Of a stretch of 64,000 nt of DNA, positions 44,423-53,262 are shown piece after piece. Below the pieces are notes generated by a model that saw nothing but the letters and a program-made list of their open reading frames with translations, did not search any database and had not been told where the DNA came from. The position numbers and the translations under genes are program-made. Within the stretch, counting starts at the first letter, position 1. Each line of letters starts with the position of its first letter. Origin of the DNA: Candidatus Poseidoniaceae archaeon (GTDB lineage Archaea; Thermoplasmatota; Poseidoniia; Poseidoniales; Poseidoniaceae); assembly GCA_949372875.1 (NCBI GenBank), contig CASIAW010000012.1, positions 11,651 to 75,650 of the forward strand, read 5' to 3'.

Positions 44423-45067
44423 ATGGAACGAGAATCGAGTCTATGGAAGATCATTCTTGCATTAGGGATAGCAGCCTTGCTGGTATTGTATGCGCAAGAC
44501 AGAGGCTTTTTTGAGGATGAAGAGCAAGTCTCTCCCTCTGATGAAGATTCAGCAAACCCCTCTGACCTCAACCCATCAGATGATTTAGAAAACAATGATT
44601 CCAATGCCGCGGAGGCTCCGCCATCAACTGCAGATTCTCCAGACCCTCTCGCTCTTGAATGTCTTGATCACGATGGTCTTGCCCGACATGACCACGTTAC
44701 TTTACAGATTTTCATCGATGGCAATCCACACACTGTTGAATCGGCAATTGGCATTCAAACCGATGTGTGTAACGGAAATGAAAATTATATGCACACCATT
44801 CACACTCACGATGATACAGGGAAGCTTCATGTCGAACTTAACGAAGCTGGTGACATCTCACTGGGCGTATTTTTCGATATATGGGGCTATCACTTCAACG
44901 AAACCGGAATCTTCGACCACAGAGTCAATGAAACTCATGAAATGGTCATGCATGTCCACGCAACAAATGAAGATGCTACGGAAGAAAACCGTGTGACTAC
45001 ATTTGACAATTACCTGATTCAAAACGGTGAAGTCATCGAAGTTCATTACCGGCTAAAGGCTAACTAA
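44423..45067 (+). CDS. Secreted/anchored His-rich protein of unknown function
   Basis: N-terminal TM/signal LWKIILALGIAALLVLYA, an acidic linker, then ECLDHDGLARHDHVTLQIFIDG....MHTIHTHDDTGKLHVE....LGVFFDIWG. Confidence 0.55.
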   Translation: MERESSLWKIILALGIAALLVLYAQDRGFFEDEEQVSPSDEDSANPSDLNPSDDLENNDSNAAEAPPSTADSPDPLALECLDHDGLARHDHVTLQIFIDGNPHTVESAIGIQTDVCNGNENYMHTIHTHDDTGKLHVELNEAGDISLGVFFDIWGYHFNETGIFDHRVNETHEMVMHVHATNEDATEENRVTTFDNYLIQNGEVIEVHYRLKAN

Positions 45068-45384
45068 GGGCTAAAGCACCCTTCAAAAGAGGGTGTATCG
45101 GATGTGTCCTGCACTTCTTCCATTCTGAGGACTGTAACTTCGATGCGCTCACTTTCAACGTATGATTTTCGAAGTTCATGTAACAAACTCCTTTGGACGT
45201 CGGAGAGATCTTCACCATACAATATGTTGAGGTGATGGTTTTCTTTTCCGTCTACGGATACTGTGTATTCAACGACCCACTCTTTGAGTGGAAGCCTCTC
45301 ATCCCAGGTTACGTCTTCCCATGATTCTGCCATTGCTATAATATTGACGGGGTGGCTTATGAAGGCTACGCTCGTTTGCATCAC
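45064..45384 (-). CDS. Hypothetical acidic cytoplasmic protein (106 aa)
   Basis: ATG ORF, no motif recognised. Confidence 0.45.
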   Translation of the reverse strand: MMQTSVAFISHPVNIIAMAESWEDVTWDERLPLKEWVVEYTVSVDGKENHHLNILYGEDLSDVQRSLLHELRKSYVESERIEVTVLRMEEVQDTSDTPSFEGCFSP

Positions 45385-45442
45385 TATTCTTCCGGAATGC
45401 GGCAGAATGATTCCATTTCATGAACCTTAGGGGTGAATAAAG

Positions 45443-46438
45443 TCAATTACGGTCTTTTCTCGGCAATACTGCTATGAGTCCTGCACCTGCTGCCACGAGG
45501 AGTACAATACCCGTGAAAGACCAAGATTGTGGTGAATCACGCGAACGATAAGCAAATTCCACAGCACCATATGTTCCGAGCGTTGCTTCAAGGTGTTCGA
45601 TTGCATGTTCGCTACTTTCGTGGACGAGCAGAATGCTAAATTCTTGCAGGTCTGTAAAGGTGACTTCAAAGTCGTCACTGCATCCTTGAGAAACTTCGGC
45701 ACTCAATAATCCGATACTCACTTCAATATTTGATGTGTTAAAGTGGCATTCAGCAGTAGCAACTAAGACTCGATCACGGTGCTCTTCTCCAGGGTTTGCA
45801 ACATCATTTGGAACCATTTTCTTATGTTCGATAATGAGGAATGTAAGTTGTGAATTATTCCTGTTCGATTCCAATACATCGGCATAAATTATTTTTGCAG
45901 TAATTCCCTCGTCGTTTCGAGTGACTTGGAACTGAAGTGTTGAGGTCTCTTGCCGTGTCAATTCTGAATCCAATATATCACGTTGAACATCACTCCATGC
46001 TTCTGTTCCTGAGCGAGGGTTCATCCCTTCGACAAAAAACGTCGGCGAAGGTATTGCGTTTCCGTGGACTATTCCGAGTCGTTCGATGCGATGTTGAGCA
46101 GCGGGTGGTTGGAATCCATCCACTCCATCAGATGGGTGGTACGACACCATTGCTATTCGAGAACCATGAGAGTCAGCGACACCCATGAGATATGGGTCGA
46201 TTTCTGCACAAGTAGGGCACCACGTCGTCGTGACTTCCTCTACAAGGAGGCTGCGCCCTCTTGCTTCAGTCATCATCGGTTCGGATAAATCAACGGAGGG
46301 GTCGAGGATTTTGGCTTGTACGATGGCATTACTCGACGTCAATACCAACAGGCAAAGTGTAGAAAATACAAGCATCTTCGCAATTTTCAACTTGAATCCC
46401 CCCTCATCATGCTGTGCGAAGATGCCGACCCCCTTCAT
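45443..46438 (-). CDS. Exported thioredoxin-like CxxC protein with a C-terminal TM + basic tail
   Basis: Signal/anchor IAKMLVFSTLCLLVLTSSNAIVQA. EEVTTTWCPTCAEIDPYL. The C-terminus is SWSFTGIVLLVAAGAGLIAVLPRKDRN*. Confidence 0.5.
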   Translation of the reverse strand: MKGVGIFAQHDEGGFKLKIAKMLVFSTLCLLVLTSSNAIVQAKILDPSVDLSEPMMTEARGRSLLVEEVTTTWCPTCAEIDPYLMGVADSHGSRIAMVSYHPSDGVDGFQPPAAQHRIERLGIVHGNAIPSPTFFVEGMNPRSGTEAWSDVQRDILDSELTRQETSTLQFQVTRNDEGITAKIIYADVLESNRNNSQLTFLIIEHKKMVPNDVANPGEEHRDRVLVATAECHFNTSNIEVSIGLLSAEVSQGCSDDFEVTFTDLQEFSILLVHESSEHAIEHLEATLGTYGAVEFAYRSRDSPQSWSFTGIVLLVAAGAGLIAVLPRKDRN

Positions 46439-46513
46439 CCCTTTGTTCAGGGCTGGAATAGAAGCGAGGTTTCTTCAATGCGAGCGTGGCGAGGTGTAAC
46501 GAGAGGATTGTTC

Positions 46514-47251
46514 ATGGCAGACCACTGGATTGAAAATCACAAACGTGATTCTTGGCGCCGTCAAGCCAAGGCCAGCGGCTACAGGGCTCGTTCAGCGTTC
46601 AAACTCAAGCAGATTCAGGAGCGTTTTAATTTGCTTCGCGAAGGTGACATCATTCTGGATGTCGGTTGCCACCCTGGAGGATGGGCCCAAGTGGCTACTG
46701 AGCTGGTTGGAGCATCAGGTTGGGTCATTGGCGTTGATTTAGAAGCATGTCAACCAGTAGAAGGTTCTATTCTTCTTGTAGGCGACATTACTGAGCCTCA
46801 TACCCAAGAAAGAGTTCTTGAGGAATTAAAAGAGCGCCCGCTCAATTCGATTATATCGGACATTTCTCCAAATATCACTGGTAAATGGGATATGGATCAA
46901 GCAGTGGCAATGACATTAGTTGCTCTTGTGTTTGATTTCTCTCTGCCTTTACTCTGCAAAGGTGGTTCATTTGTATCCAAACTGTTTCAGGGCGTAGGTG
47001 TTGAAGAATTAATTCAAGTGATCAAGCCTTATTTTTCAGACGTCCGACGATTTTCTCCACACGCTTCGAGGAACTCCTCCTCTGAAGTCTATCTCATTTG
47101 TAGGAACTTCATGCCTTGGAAGTTTAGAAAACCATGCGTTCTTGAAGATTATGAAACTGCTCTGAACATCAAATTAAGTGGTGATGATATTGCAGAAGCA
47201 CCAGACATCATCACTTCGTCTTTTTCAGTTCGAAAAAAGAAAACCGAATAG
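46514..47251 (+). CDS. rlmE: 23S rRNA (uridine-2'-O)-methyltransferase RlmE/FtsJ
   Basis: RRQAKASGYRARSAFKLKQIQERFNLLREGDIILDVGCHPGGWAQV...ISDISPNITG...FVSKLFQG. The internal ATG at 46514 removes the overlap with the upstream gene. Confidence 0.85.
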   Translation: MADHWIENHKRDSWRRQAKASGYRARSAFKLKQIQERFNLLREGDIILDVGCHPGGWAQVATELVGASGWVIGVDLEACQPVEGSILLVGDITEPHTQERVLEELKERPLNSIISDISPNITGKWDMDQAVAMTLVALVFDFSLPLLCKGGSFVSKLFQGVGVEELIQVIKPYFSDVRRFSPHASRNSSSEVYLICRNFMPWKFRKPCVLEDYETALNIKLSGDDIAEAPDIITSSFSVRKKKTE

Positions 47252-47281
47252 TTTGATGTGCATTGAGGTTAATCTCACCGC

Positions 47282-47626
47282 ATGGAACAACCTCCTTCGA
47301 CCCAGAATGCACGAATAAATGTCAGTAAAACCAGGCAGAAAATATCGGAACTGCAAGCAAATCAACCAGTTCAAAGACTCGAAGTAGTTCTTCTTCGAAT
47401 CTATCCTCGTAGAATGGTCTACTCCGAACACTATGTCGGGCCGGTTGCAGCTGCATGTGGGCGCGATGAGACTGGTCTGGTAGGTATTGTATTGTGGGGT
47501 GAGCAAATCCAACGAGTGCAAGTTGGTGATATTGTTTCGTTCGAATCCGGTTGGTGCCGCGAGAGAAACGGGGAATTGGTCGTGAGTACTGGTCGTAACG
47601 GACGACTAAATGTTCGTGGCCGGTAG
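47282..47626 (+). CDS. OB-fold nucleic-acid-binding protein (short SSB/RPA-like)
   Basis: CGRDETGLVGIVLWGEQIQRVQVGDIVSFESGWCRERNGELVVSTGRNGRLNV shows the pattern of single-OB archaeal proteins. Not verified. Confidence 0.45.
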   Translation: MEQPPSTQNARINVSKTRQKISELQANQPVQRLEVVLLRIYPRRMVYSEHYVGPVAAACGRDETGLVGIVLWGEQIQRVQVGDIVSFESGWCRERNGELVVSTGRNGRLNVRGR

Positions 47627-47745
47627 TCACTCAATACGGTTATTGGCGAAGACAAATGAGTACTTTGTAGCGTAAATGAGAGGTGATTCAGCACGCAACC
47701 ATAAAGAAGGGGAGGGCGTGGGCCATTTGTTCCTGAGGACCTATT

Positions 47746-47919
47746 ATGACTGAAAGAGCAAAAAATTGCACATCTTCTGGCGTACCGCTTGAAGAAACCG
47801 GTTCCACATCATTCCCTTGCCCGGGTTGCGACAATGCTATTGGACGCAGTCCACGTTGCCGAAATCAAGGTGTTCTCTACATCTGTCCGAATCCAGACTG
47901 CAAATATCAGGGGCCCTGA
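47746..47919 (+). CDS. Zn-ribbon protein of the COG2888/DUF1610 type that precedes aEF-1beta in archaea (not in the ORF track)
   Basis: My translation: MTERAKNCTSSGVPLEETGSTSFPCPGCDNAIGRSPRCRNQGVLYICPNPDCKYQGP*. It has CPGC...C and CPNPDC knuckles. The stop is 9 nt before the EF-1beta ORF. Confidence 0.6.
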   Translation: MTERAKNCTSSGVPLEETGSTSFPCPGCDNAIGRSPRCRNQGVLYICPNPDCKYQGP

Positions 47920-47928
47920 GGTGATTGT

Positions 47929-48201
47929 ATGGGTATGGTAGCAATGACATACAAAATCAATCCTGATGCTGACGTAGAAGTTGTCGATGCAGAAGCAATC
48001 GCAACCGCAGTCCAAGGTCTCACTAACGAAGTTTACAACGTTCAATCCGTCGAAGTCAAGCCTTTGGCTTTCGGTCTTAAATTTGTTCAAATCCACGTTG
48101 TCATGAATGATGGCGAAGGTCTCGCAGATGCTTTGGAATCCAAGATTTCGGAAATTCCTGGTGTCGGCGAAATTGAAGTCCTTTCGATGGGCCTTCTTTG
48201 A
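47929..48201 (+). CDS. ef1b: Translation elongation factor aEF-1beta
   Basis: MVAMTYKINPDADVEVV...VQSVEVKPLAFGLKFVQIHVVMNDGEG....ESKISEIPGVGEIEV is canonical aEF-1beta (~89 aa). The SD-like GAGGTGAT at 47918-47925 favours the ATG at 47935. Confidence 0.85.
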   Translation: MGMVAMTYKINPDADVEVVDAEAIATAVQGLTNEVYNVQSVEVKPLAFGLKFVQIHVVMNDGEGLADALESKISEIPGVGEIEVLSMGLL

Positions 48202-48207
48202 TTCCAC

Positions 48208-49611
48208 TCACAATTGGTGCAGTGGGCAACGCATGAATTCTCTTAGTAATGTAGTAGCGTAGCTACCTGAAGATAAAGTGAATCTGAATCGAATACATGC
48301 TCCTTCTGGATGCCACCGGCTGTTCTTCACCGGTCCGGCTTTCCATCGTTCGCCCATAGATTCATCATCCGCAATTGGAACACTGTCAACGCTCATGTCG
48401 TTGAAACTCGTGACCAATGATCTACGGGTTCCTCGTGTTGAGAGTCGAGGTATTGCTTCGACTTGCCAACTTACTTCTTGGAGGCCCATTTGCTCAATGA
48501 CTTGCTTTTCAATGTCTCCGGACAAGCCACTGCATGTTTGAATTTCACTACCCGGTAACGGTCCAGTAGGCGCTAAACGCCCAAGTTGACAGTTTCGAAT
48601 AATCCTCGGGAGAGTTCTTTCTTCCACTAACACACAACTTGATGCATCCAATTGGCCTTTCTCATCAATACGTCCGACATAATCTCCAGCAATTGGTGTG
48701 CTGATTGGATGATTCTCAGAGAGTCGAGCATGGAGCGATTTATTGAATACAACAGACTGTAAAGCGTGAATCGTCATCAACTGAAGATTACCAGGCAACT
48801 TACGAAATGCACCGATGTAATCATCAGGGCGATTGAGTAAATGCTCGACCATCTTCCGTTCAAATCCGAGCCATCTTGGTGCCAACTCCAATCCCTCTTG
48901 AGTAGGACCGTTGTTCCGTACGTGTTCTCTAAAGGCAGCGACGTCGGCATTTTCTGATTCACCAGCCATTGCGATGTAGGTGAGTGCGGCTTGCTTCCAA
49001 TCTTCAGCAGTGACGTGTTTTCCAACTTCCGCAGTGACGGGTCGACCAGCACCAAACCGTTGAGGGCCAATCCAATTGGGAAAGGTGTTCTCTCCAAGTT
49101 TAAGGGCCATTTCTGTTTCAATTGCTTGAACTTCTTTCAGAGCTTCGTCAACGGTCATTGGCGTTCCGTCTTCATGGGCACAGCCTCGAATTACAATGGT
49201 AAATCGGTTTCCGCGATGATTCCCAAAGCCAATTTTTTGATGGGTTCGTCCGAGAACTTCAATTTCGACATCGGGAATCTCAACGCTAGCCACTTTGCCT
49301 TGTGGAGCATCGATCACAAACAATTGCTTTGTCACAGCACGCTTGTCTTTGGTACCTGCGAAAAATATCCGATTCCGAGGTATTGAGAGCGCTTTGGCTA
49401 AGGTATTGCAAAATCGGTTTGTTTCCCAATTCGTCAGCATAATTTTTGCTACCGTAAATCGTCCACGGTTATCTAAATGAACTGGCGTTGAGATTTCTTC
49501 GACACGAAAGTCGGCAACTCTCGCTTTGAGAACGCCACCAATACCAAGTGTTTCGGTGGCATAGCCATCAAGTCCGATGGATTCTGCAAGAGAATCCGTC
49601 CATGTAGTCAT
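48208..49611 (-). CDS. truD: tRNA pseudouridine synthase TruD/Pus7 family
   Basis: GIGGVLKARVADFRVEEI, FFAGTKDKRAVTKQ (catalytic Asp motif), NWIGPQRFG. The ATG at 49611 avoids overlapping rpoL. Confidence 0.85.
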   Translation of the reverse strand: MTTWTDSLAESIGLDGYATETLGIGGVLKARVADFRVEEISTPVHLDNRGRFTVAKIMLTNWETNRFCNTLAKALSIPRNRIFFAGTKDKRAVTKQLFVIDAPQGKVASVEIPDVEIEVLGRTHQKIGFGNHRGNRFTIVIRGCAHEDGTPMTVDEALKEVQAIETEMALKLGENTFPNWIGPQRFGAGRPVTAEVGKHVTAEDWKQAALTYIAMAGESENADVAAFREHVRNNGPTQEGLELAPRWLGFERKMVEHLLNRPDDYIGAFRKLPGNLQLMTIHALQSVVFNKSLHARLSENHPISTPIAGDYVGRIDEKGQLDASSCVLVEERTLPRIIRNCQLGRLAPTGPLPGSEIQTCSGLSGDIEKQVIEQMGLQEVSWQVEAIPRLSTRGTRRSLVTSFNDMSVDSVPIADDESMGERWKAGPVKNSRWHPEGACIRFRFTLSSGSYATTLLREFMRCPLHQL

Positions 49612-49624
49612 CGCAATACCCCAT

Positions 49625-49882
49625 TCAGAGGCTGATGCTAGAGAATTCTTTAGAGAGTCCAGAAACAATTTCCTTCAAGACTTTGTCCGAGTTGTTCTTT
49701 CCGGATGTTCGGATGTAAAATTCTGGGTCATCCAACTCAGGATGGCCTGGGAAATAGTTTGCATATTCCACCTTGGAACTGTTGTTAAGGCGTTCACGAA
49801 GCATTTGCAAAGCGGTATGGCTTTCACCGATGACTCGCAAGCGAAGTTCATTCTTTTCATTGAGGAGGACTTTAACAGGCAT
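49625..49882 (-). CDS. rpoL: DNA-directed RNA polymerase subunit L (Rpo11)
   Basis: KVLLNEKNELRLRVIGESHTALQMLRERL......VEYANYFPGHPELDDPEFYIRT fits the RpoL/RBP11 fold signature. 85 aa. Confidence 0.8.
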   Translation of the reverse strand: MPVKVLLNEKNELRLRVIGESHTALQMLRERLNNSSKVEYANYFPGHPELDDPEFYIRTSGKNNSDKVLKEIVSGLSKEFSSISL

Positions 49883-50048
49883 TGCAATCGTTCTTGGGAC
49901 CTACCACCTTGTTTTGAACCTTCTCCCTCGTTACTCCTTAGAATCCAGTAGAACTTCTCTCAAGTGACTCGTTAAAAAAGCCTAGAAAGCCACTTCTGCA
50001 GTACAATAGACCCCGTTTCTTTTTTAGTGTCTTTGCGTCGCGAGAACA

Positions 50049-52640
50049 ATGGATACTTCTGCATTGGAGGAACGGATGGCCGGATGGGCCCCTGTGTTCC
50101 AAAGAATGGCTCCGGTAATCCTCATCGTAGTTGCCTTACTGACCGTGGCTTTAAGTGTCAATTTGGTCGTCTCTCCTCCAACGTTTAATACTGATTTAGG
50201 GGATTTTGCTCCTGAATCAGAATCCAGAGATGCTCACGATGAAATTCACGAGTTCTTCCCAAACGAGGCCCGACCATTATTCATTCACGTTACTGCTGAT
50301 GACGACTCAAACATCCTTTCTATAGAAAACCTTCATGTGATGGACGCCCACCTTTCTCATATCGAAAATGAATCTGAGAAACGCCAAGATGCGGTCGCAG
50401 TTTGGACCACTGCACCAGGAATTGTTCAGTTGGCACTTGACGAAGAGGCCAATGGTACTTCTCTCAGTGCAGTGCAAAACTGGGGTGTAATTCTCGACCT
50501 TTTGTTTGAAGAGGACACTGTTTGTTCTTTGACTTCAGATGACCAACTTCTCTCTGCCGCCCGTTATGCATCATCAGCCCTGCTCCACACAGACTTGAAT
50601 GTTGATGCAAGTTGCCAGTATCTCAAGAACGGAACGGGAAATGCTGCTCCTACCGCCAGTTCAACACTGTGGGTTTTGGAGATTGATCCAGACATGGATG
50701 AAGACGAAAGAAAAGTCATTCAAGACCAATTGCGAACAGAATTCGCTGGACTTTCAGAATCTTCGGGACTCACATACGGAGTCGCTTCACTCGACCTTAT
50801 CTCCTACGATATCGATCAAGGTACTTTTGATAATCTCGCTTTGCTGGTTGTACTTGCTTTACTTGTGGTCATTGTGCTGCTCGCAATTGCTTTCCGTTCA
50901 CTCAATGATGTCGCATTCCCTCTTATCGGTCTGTCTTTTGCCTTGATTTGGACCTATGGAGTATTGAATTATCTCGGTGTACGTTTTACAGCCCTCGAAG
51001 TTGCAGTGGCGCCACTTGTACTCGGTCTCGGCATCGATTATGCAATACACTTGCAACGTGCTTTTTCTGCTATACGTAAGGAGAAAGAAGACCCTGCTGA
51101 AGCTTGGTTACGTGCCTGCGCCAGACTTTCAATCCCACTCTCTCTCGCAGTTGTAACGACAGTCGCAGCGTTTTTGGCGAACGTTATTTCTCCACTACCA
51201 CCTTTGGCCACTTTCGGCTATGCACTGGCTTTCGGCGTTCTTTGTGCATTCCTTTCATCAACTGTCGTTGTCGGCGCCCTTCACGTCGTTCGGAACAAAG
51301 TTTCCTCTGCTCAAATGGCCCAACCGATTACGATGTCTGGACTTGTCAACGCTATTGTAGGCGTTCAACAAAAACAACAGGTCTCGGTTATACTCGTTAC
51401 GATTCTCATTTCGGGAATCTCCATCTTCGGTGCTCTTTCGCTTGAGACAGACTTCGACTTGGCAGACTTTGTCGACCCAGACATGGAAATTATGGGGGTA
51501 CGAGGTGACATAGAGGAGAGTTACGACAGTGCTGGATGGAAACTAATCTACATTTTGTTTGAACCAATTGAGGAGTCTTCGAGTATTCCAGGAGATTCGA
51601 AATTACTGAATGAATTGGTTGGTTTACACAATTATTTAGAAACCAATCACGATGTGGTTGGAACAGATTATGCTCCTGCATCTCCTTCGTATGAAGGTCC
51701 ATATGTCGTTTTGCGAGATGCCATTTTACGAAACTCCACCTTTGGAGAAGTACACAACCTTGAAGTCTTTGCTGGAGAAGTTTTCTTGAAAGATACAGGT
51801 GCAGGAGCCGACTTAGCACCTGCCTTTTTGCAACTCTCTACCAACCAATCAGTGGCTGATGTTCTTACCGGTGAGACGTGGGCACAGCGAATTGAACAGA
51901 CGGTTTACTTGACGAACGGAGAAATCAATTATTTACGTACCGAGGTTCGTGTTGAAGCATCAACTTCTACACAATCTCAAATTGTCATTGAAAATATCGA
52001 AGAACAACTCGGCAGCACCTCGAATCCGGGTACGCTCCGCTACAATCTCGATTCACACGCAAATCTCTACGTTACCGGTGACTTGGTTATTCTGCAAACA
52101 GTTCTCGATGGATTAAACGCTTCTCAAATCAAGTCGACGGCTATTTCGCTCTTTGTTTCAATGCTTGTTCTCTTGGCTTTAACTCGCCGTATGGTTCCAG
52201 CACTTGTCGTTCTCCTACCCGTTGCACTTGCTTCACTCTGGGTTGCTGGCTCGATGTTCGTTCTCGGATTGAAGTGGAATGTTTTGACCGTTATGGTGAC
52301 TGCTTTAACCATTGGAATTGGAATAGATTACTCCATACACATGTGGCGCAGAATTGAGGTTGAATTGGCACGCAGAGATACGCATTGGGAAGCACTGCGT
52401 GCTGCACTTTCTACGACAGGTGTTGCGTTGATTATGAGCGCACTCACCACTGCTTTCGGTTTCCTTGTTCTGTTGTTTTCTCCTATGCCAGTCATCCAAG
52501 ACTTCGGACTGATTACAGCCGTCACCGTCTTCTTCTCTTTGCTGCTCGCACTCCTTCTGTTACCGGTCTTAGTTGAACTCTCAGCACGTAATCAAGAAGA
52601 GATTATTGATACGCCTGATTCGCCAATTATTGAAGGCTAA
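50049..52640 (+). CDS. RND-superfamily exporter, MMPL/HAE3-like (second paralogue)
   Basis: Two 6-TM blocks with GLGIDYAIHL / GIGIDYSIHMWRR motifs and two large external domains. Confidence 0.8.
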   Translation: MDTSALEERMAGWAPVFQRMAPVILIVVALLTVALSVNLVVSPPTFNTDLGDFAPESESRDAHDEIHEFFPNEARPLFIHVTADDDSNILSIENLHVMDAHLSHIENESEKRQDAVAVWTTAPGIVQLALDEEANGTSLSAVQNWGVILDLLFEEDTVCSLTSDDQLLSAARYASSALLHTDLNVDASCQYLKNGTGNAAPTASSTLWVLEIDPDMDEDERKVIQDQLRTEFAGLSESSGLTYGVASLDLISYDIDQGTFDNLALLVVLALLVVIVLLAIAFRSLNDVAFPLIGLSFALIWTYGVLNYLGVRFTALEVAVAPLVLGLGIDYAIHLQRAFSAIRKEKEDPAEAWLRACARLSIPLSLAVVTTVAAFLANVISPLPPLATFGYALAFGVLCAFLSSTVVVGALHVVRNKVSSAQMAQPITMSGLVNAIVGVQQKQQVSVILVTILISGISIFGALSLETDFDLADFVDPDMEIMGVRGDIEESYDSAGWKLIYILFEPIEESSSIPGDSKLLNELVGLHNYLETNHDVVGTDYAPASPSYEGPYVVLRDAILRNSTFGEVHNLEVFAGEVFLKDTGAGADLAPAFLQLSTNQSVADVLTGETWAQRIEQTVYLTNGEINYLRTEVRVEASTSTQSQIVIENIEEQLGSTSNPGTLRYNLDSHANLYVTGDLVILQTVLDGLNASQIKSTAISLFVSMLVLLALTRRMVPALVVLLPVALASLWVAGSMFVLGLKWNVLTVMVTALTIGIGIDYSIHMWRRIEVELARRDTHWEALRAALSTTGVALIMSALTTAFGFLVLLFSPMPVIQDFGLITAVTVFFSLLLALLLLPVLVELSARNQEEIIDTPDSPIIEG

Positions 52641-53219
52641 TCAACGGGTTGCGAGTGCATCACTAATCTCTTTCATCGAAAGGTTTTGTTCCCTTGCGAC
52701 CAGAGCCAAGCACATCCATGTACTTGCATACTGCAATGCTTGATGCTTACGTTTCGCACGCCGTTCGACTTCTTCGAGGGAAATCTCTGAAGATTTTGCT
52801 ATGTATTTTGATAGCCTTTGGGTAAGTTTAGCTCGAGGATCGCTGGATTGAGGGACTGGATGCTGCACATCGGGTTTTGTTTTTTGAACAGCTTGAGCCA
52901 CAGGCACTTCTACACTTTCTCCTTGTTGTGGAGGATTGTCTCTTGGGTGGACGGGATGAAGTAAGCGTGATGGTCGCGGAAACCAACCAAGAGGGGACTG
53001 AACATTGTCAAGAGATACCGCCGGCTTTAGTGCGTTTTCTTCACCGGTGAGCCAACCTTTCCTAATCAGTGCTTGAACGGCTTTCTCAGCCTCATCAGGA
53101 CTGACCCATTCCATGTCGAAAGAAAGAATTCGCTCGATATCCAAGGCATCCAGTGATTCACCATCGCGAAAACAAATAGCGAGTACGCGTCGAATATCTT
53201 CAACATCCTCACTCGCCAT
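52641..53219 (-). CDS. DUF2240-like conserved archaeal protein
   Basis: LDIERILSFDMEWVSPDEAEKAVQALIRKGWL......LKPAV......SPLGWFP and the C-terminal ...TWMCLALVAREQNLSMKEIS match my memory of the DUF2240 pattern (W.SPDQAK..V......GLL; AALLVA...G). Confidence 0.5.
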   Translation of the reverse strand: MASEDVEDIRRVLAICFRDGESLDALDIERILSFDMEWVSPDEAEKAVQALIRKGWLTGEENALKPAVSLDNVQSPLGWFPRPSRLLHPVHPRDNPPQQGESVEVPVAQAVQKTKPDVQHPVPQSSDPRAKLTQRLSKYIAKSSEISLEEVERRAKRKHQALQYASTWMCLALVAREQNLSMKEISDALATR

Positions 53220-53262
53220 GGAGGAAACACCGACTCACACTTCAAGAAGTTAAGCATTGGCT

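Noticed and set aside
46316-46513. N-terminal 66 codons of the tracked 311-aa ORF that contains RlmE
   Set aside because: This stretch overlaps the start region of the convergent/divergent thioredoxin-like gene and has no homology. RlmE similarity begins at the ATG at 46514.
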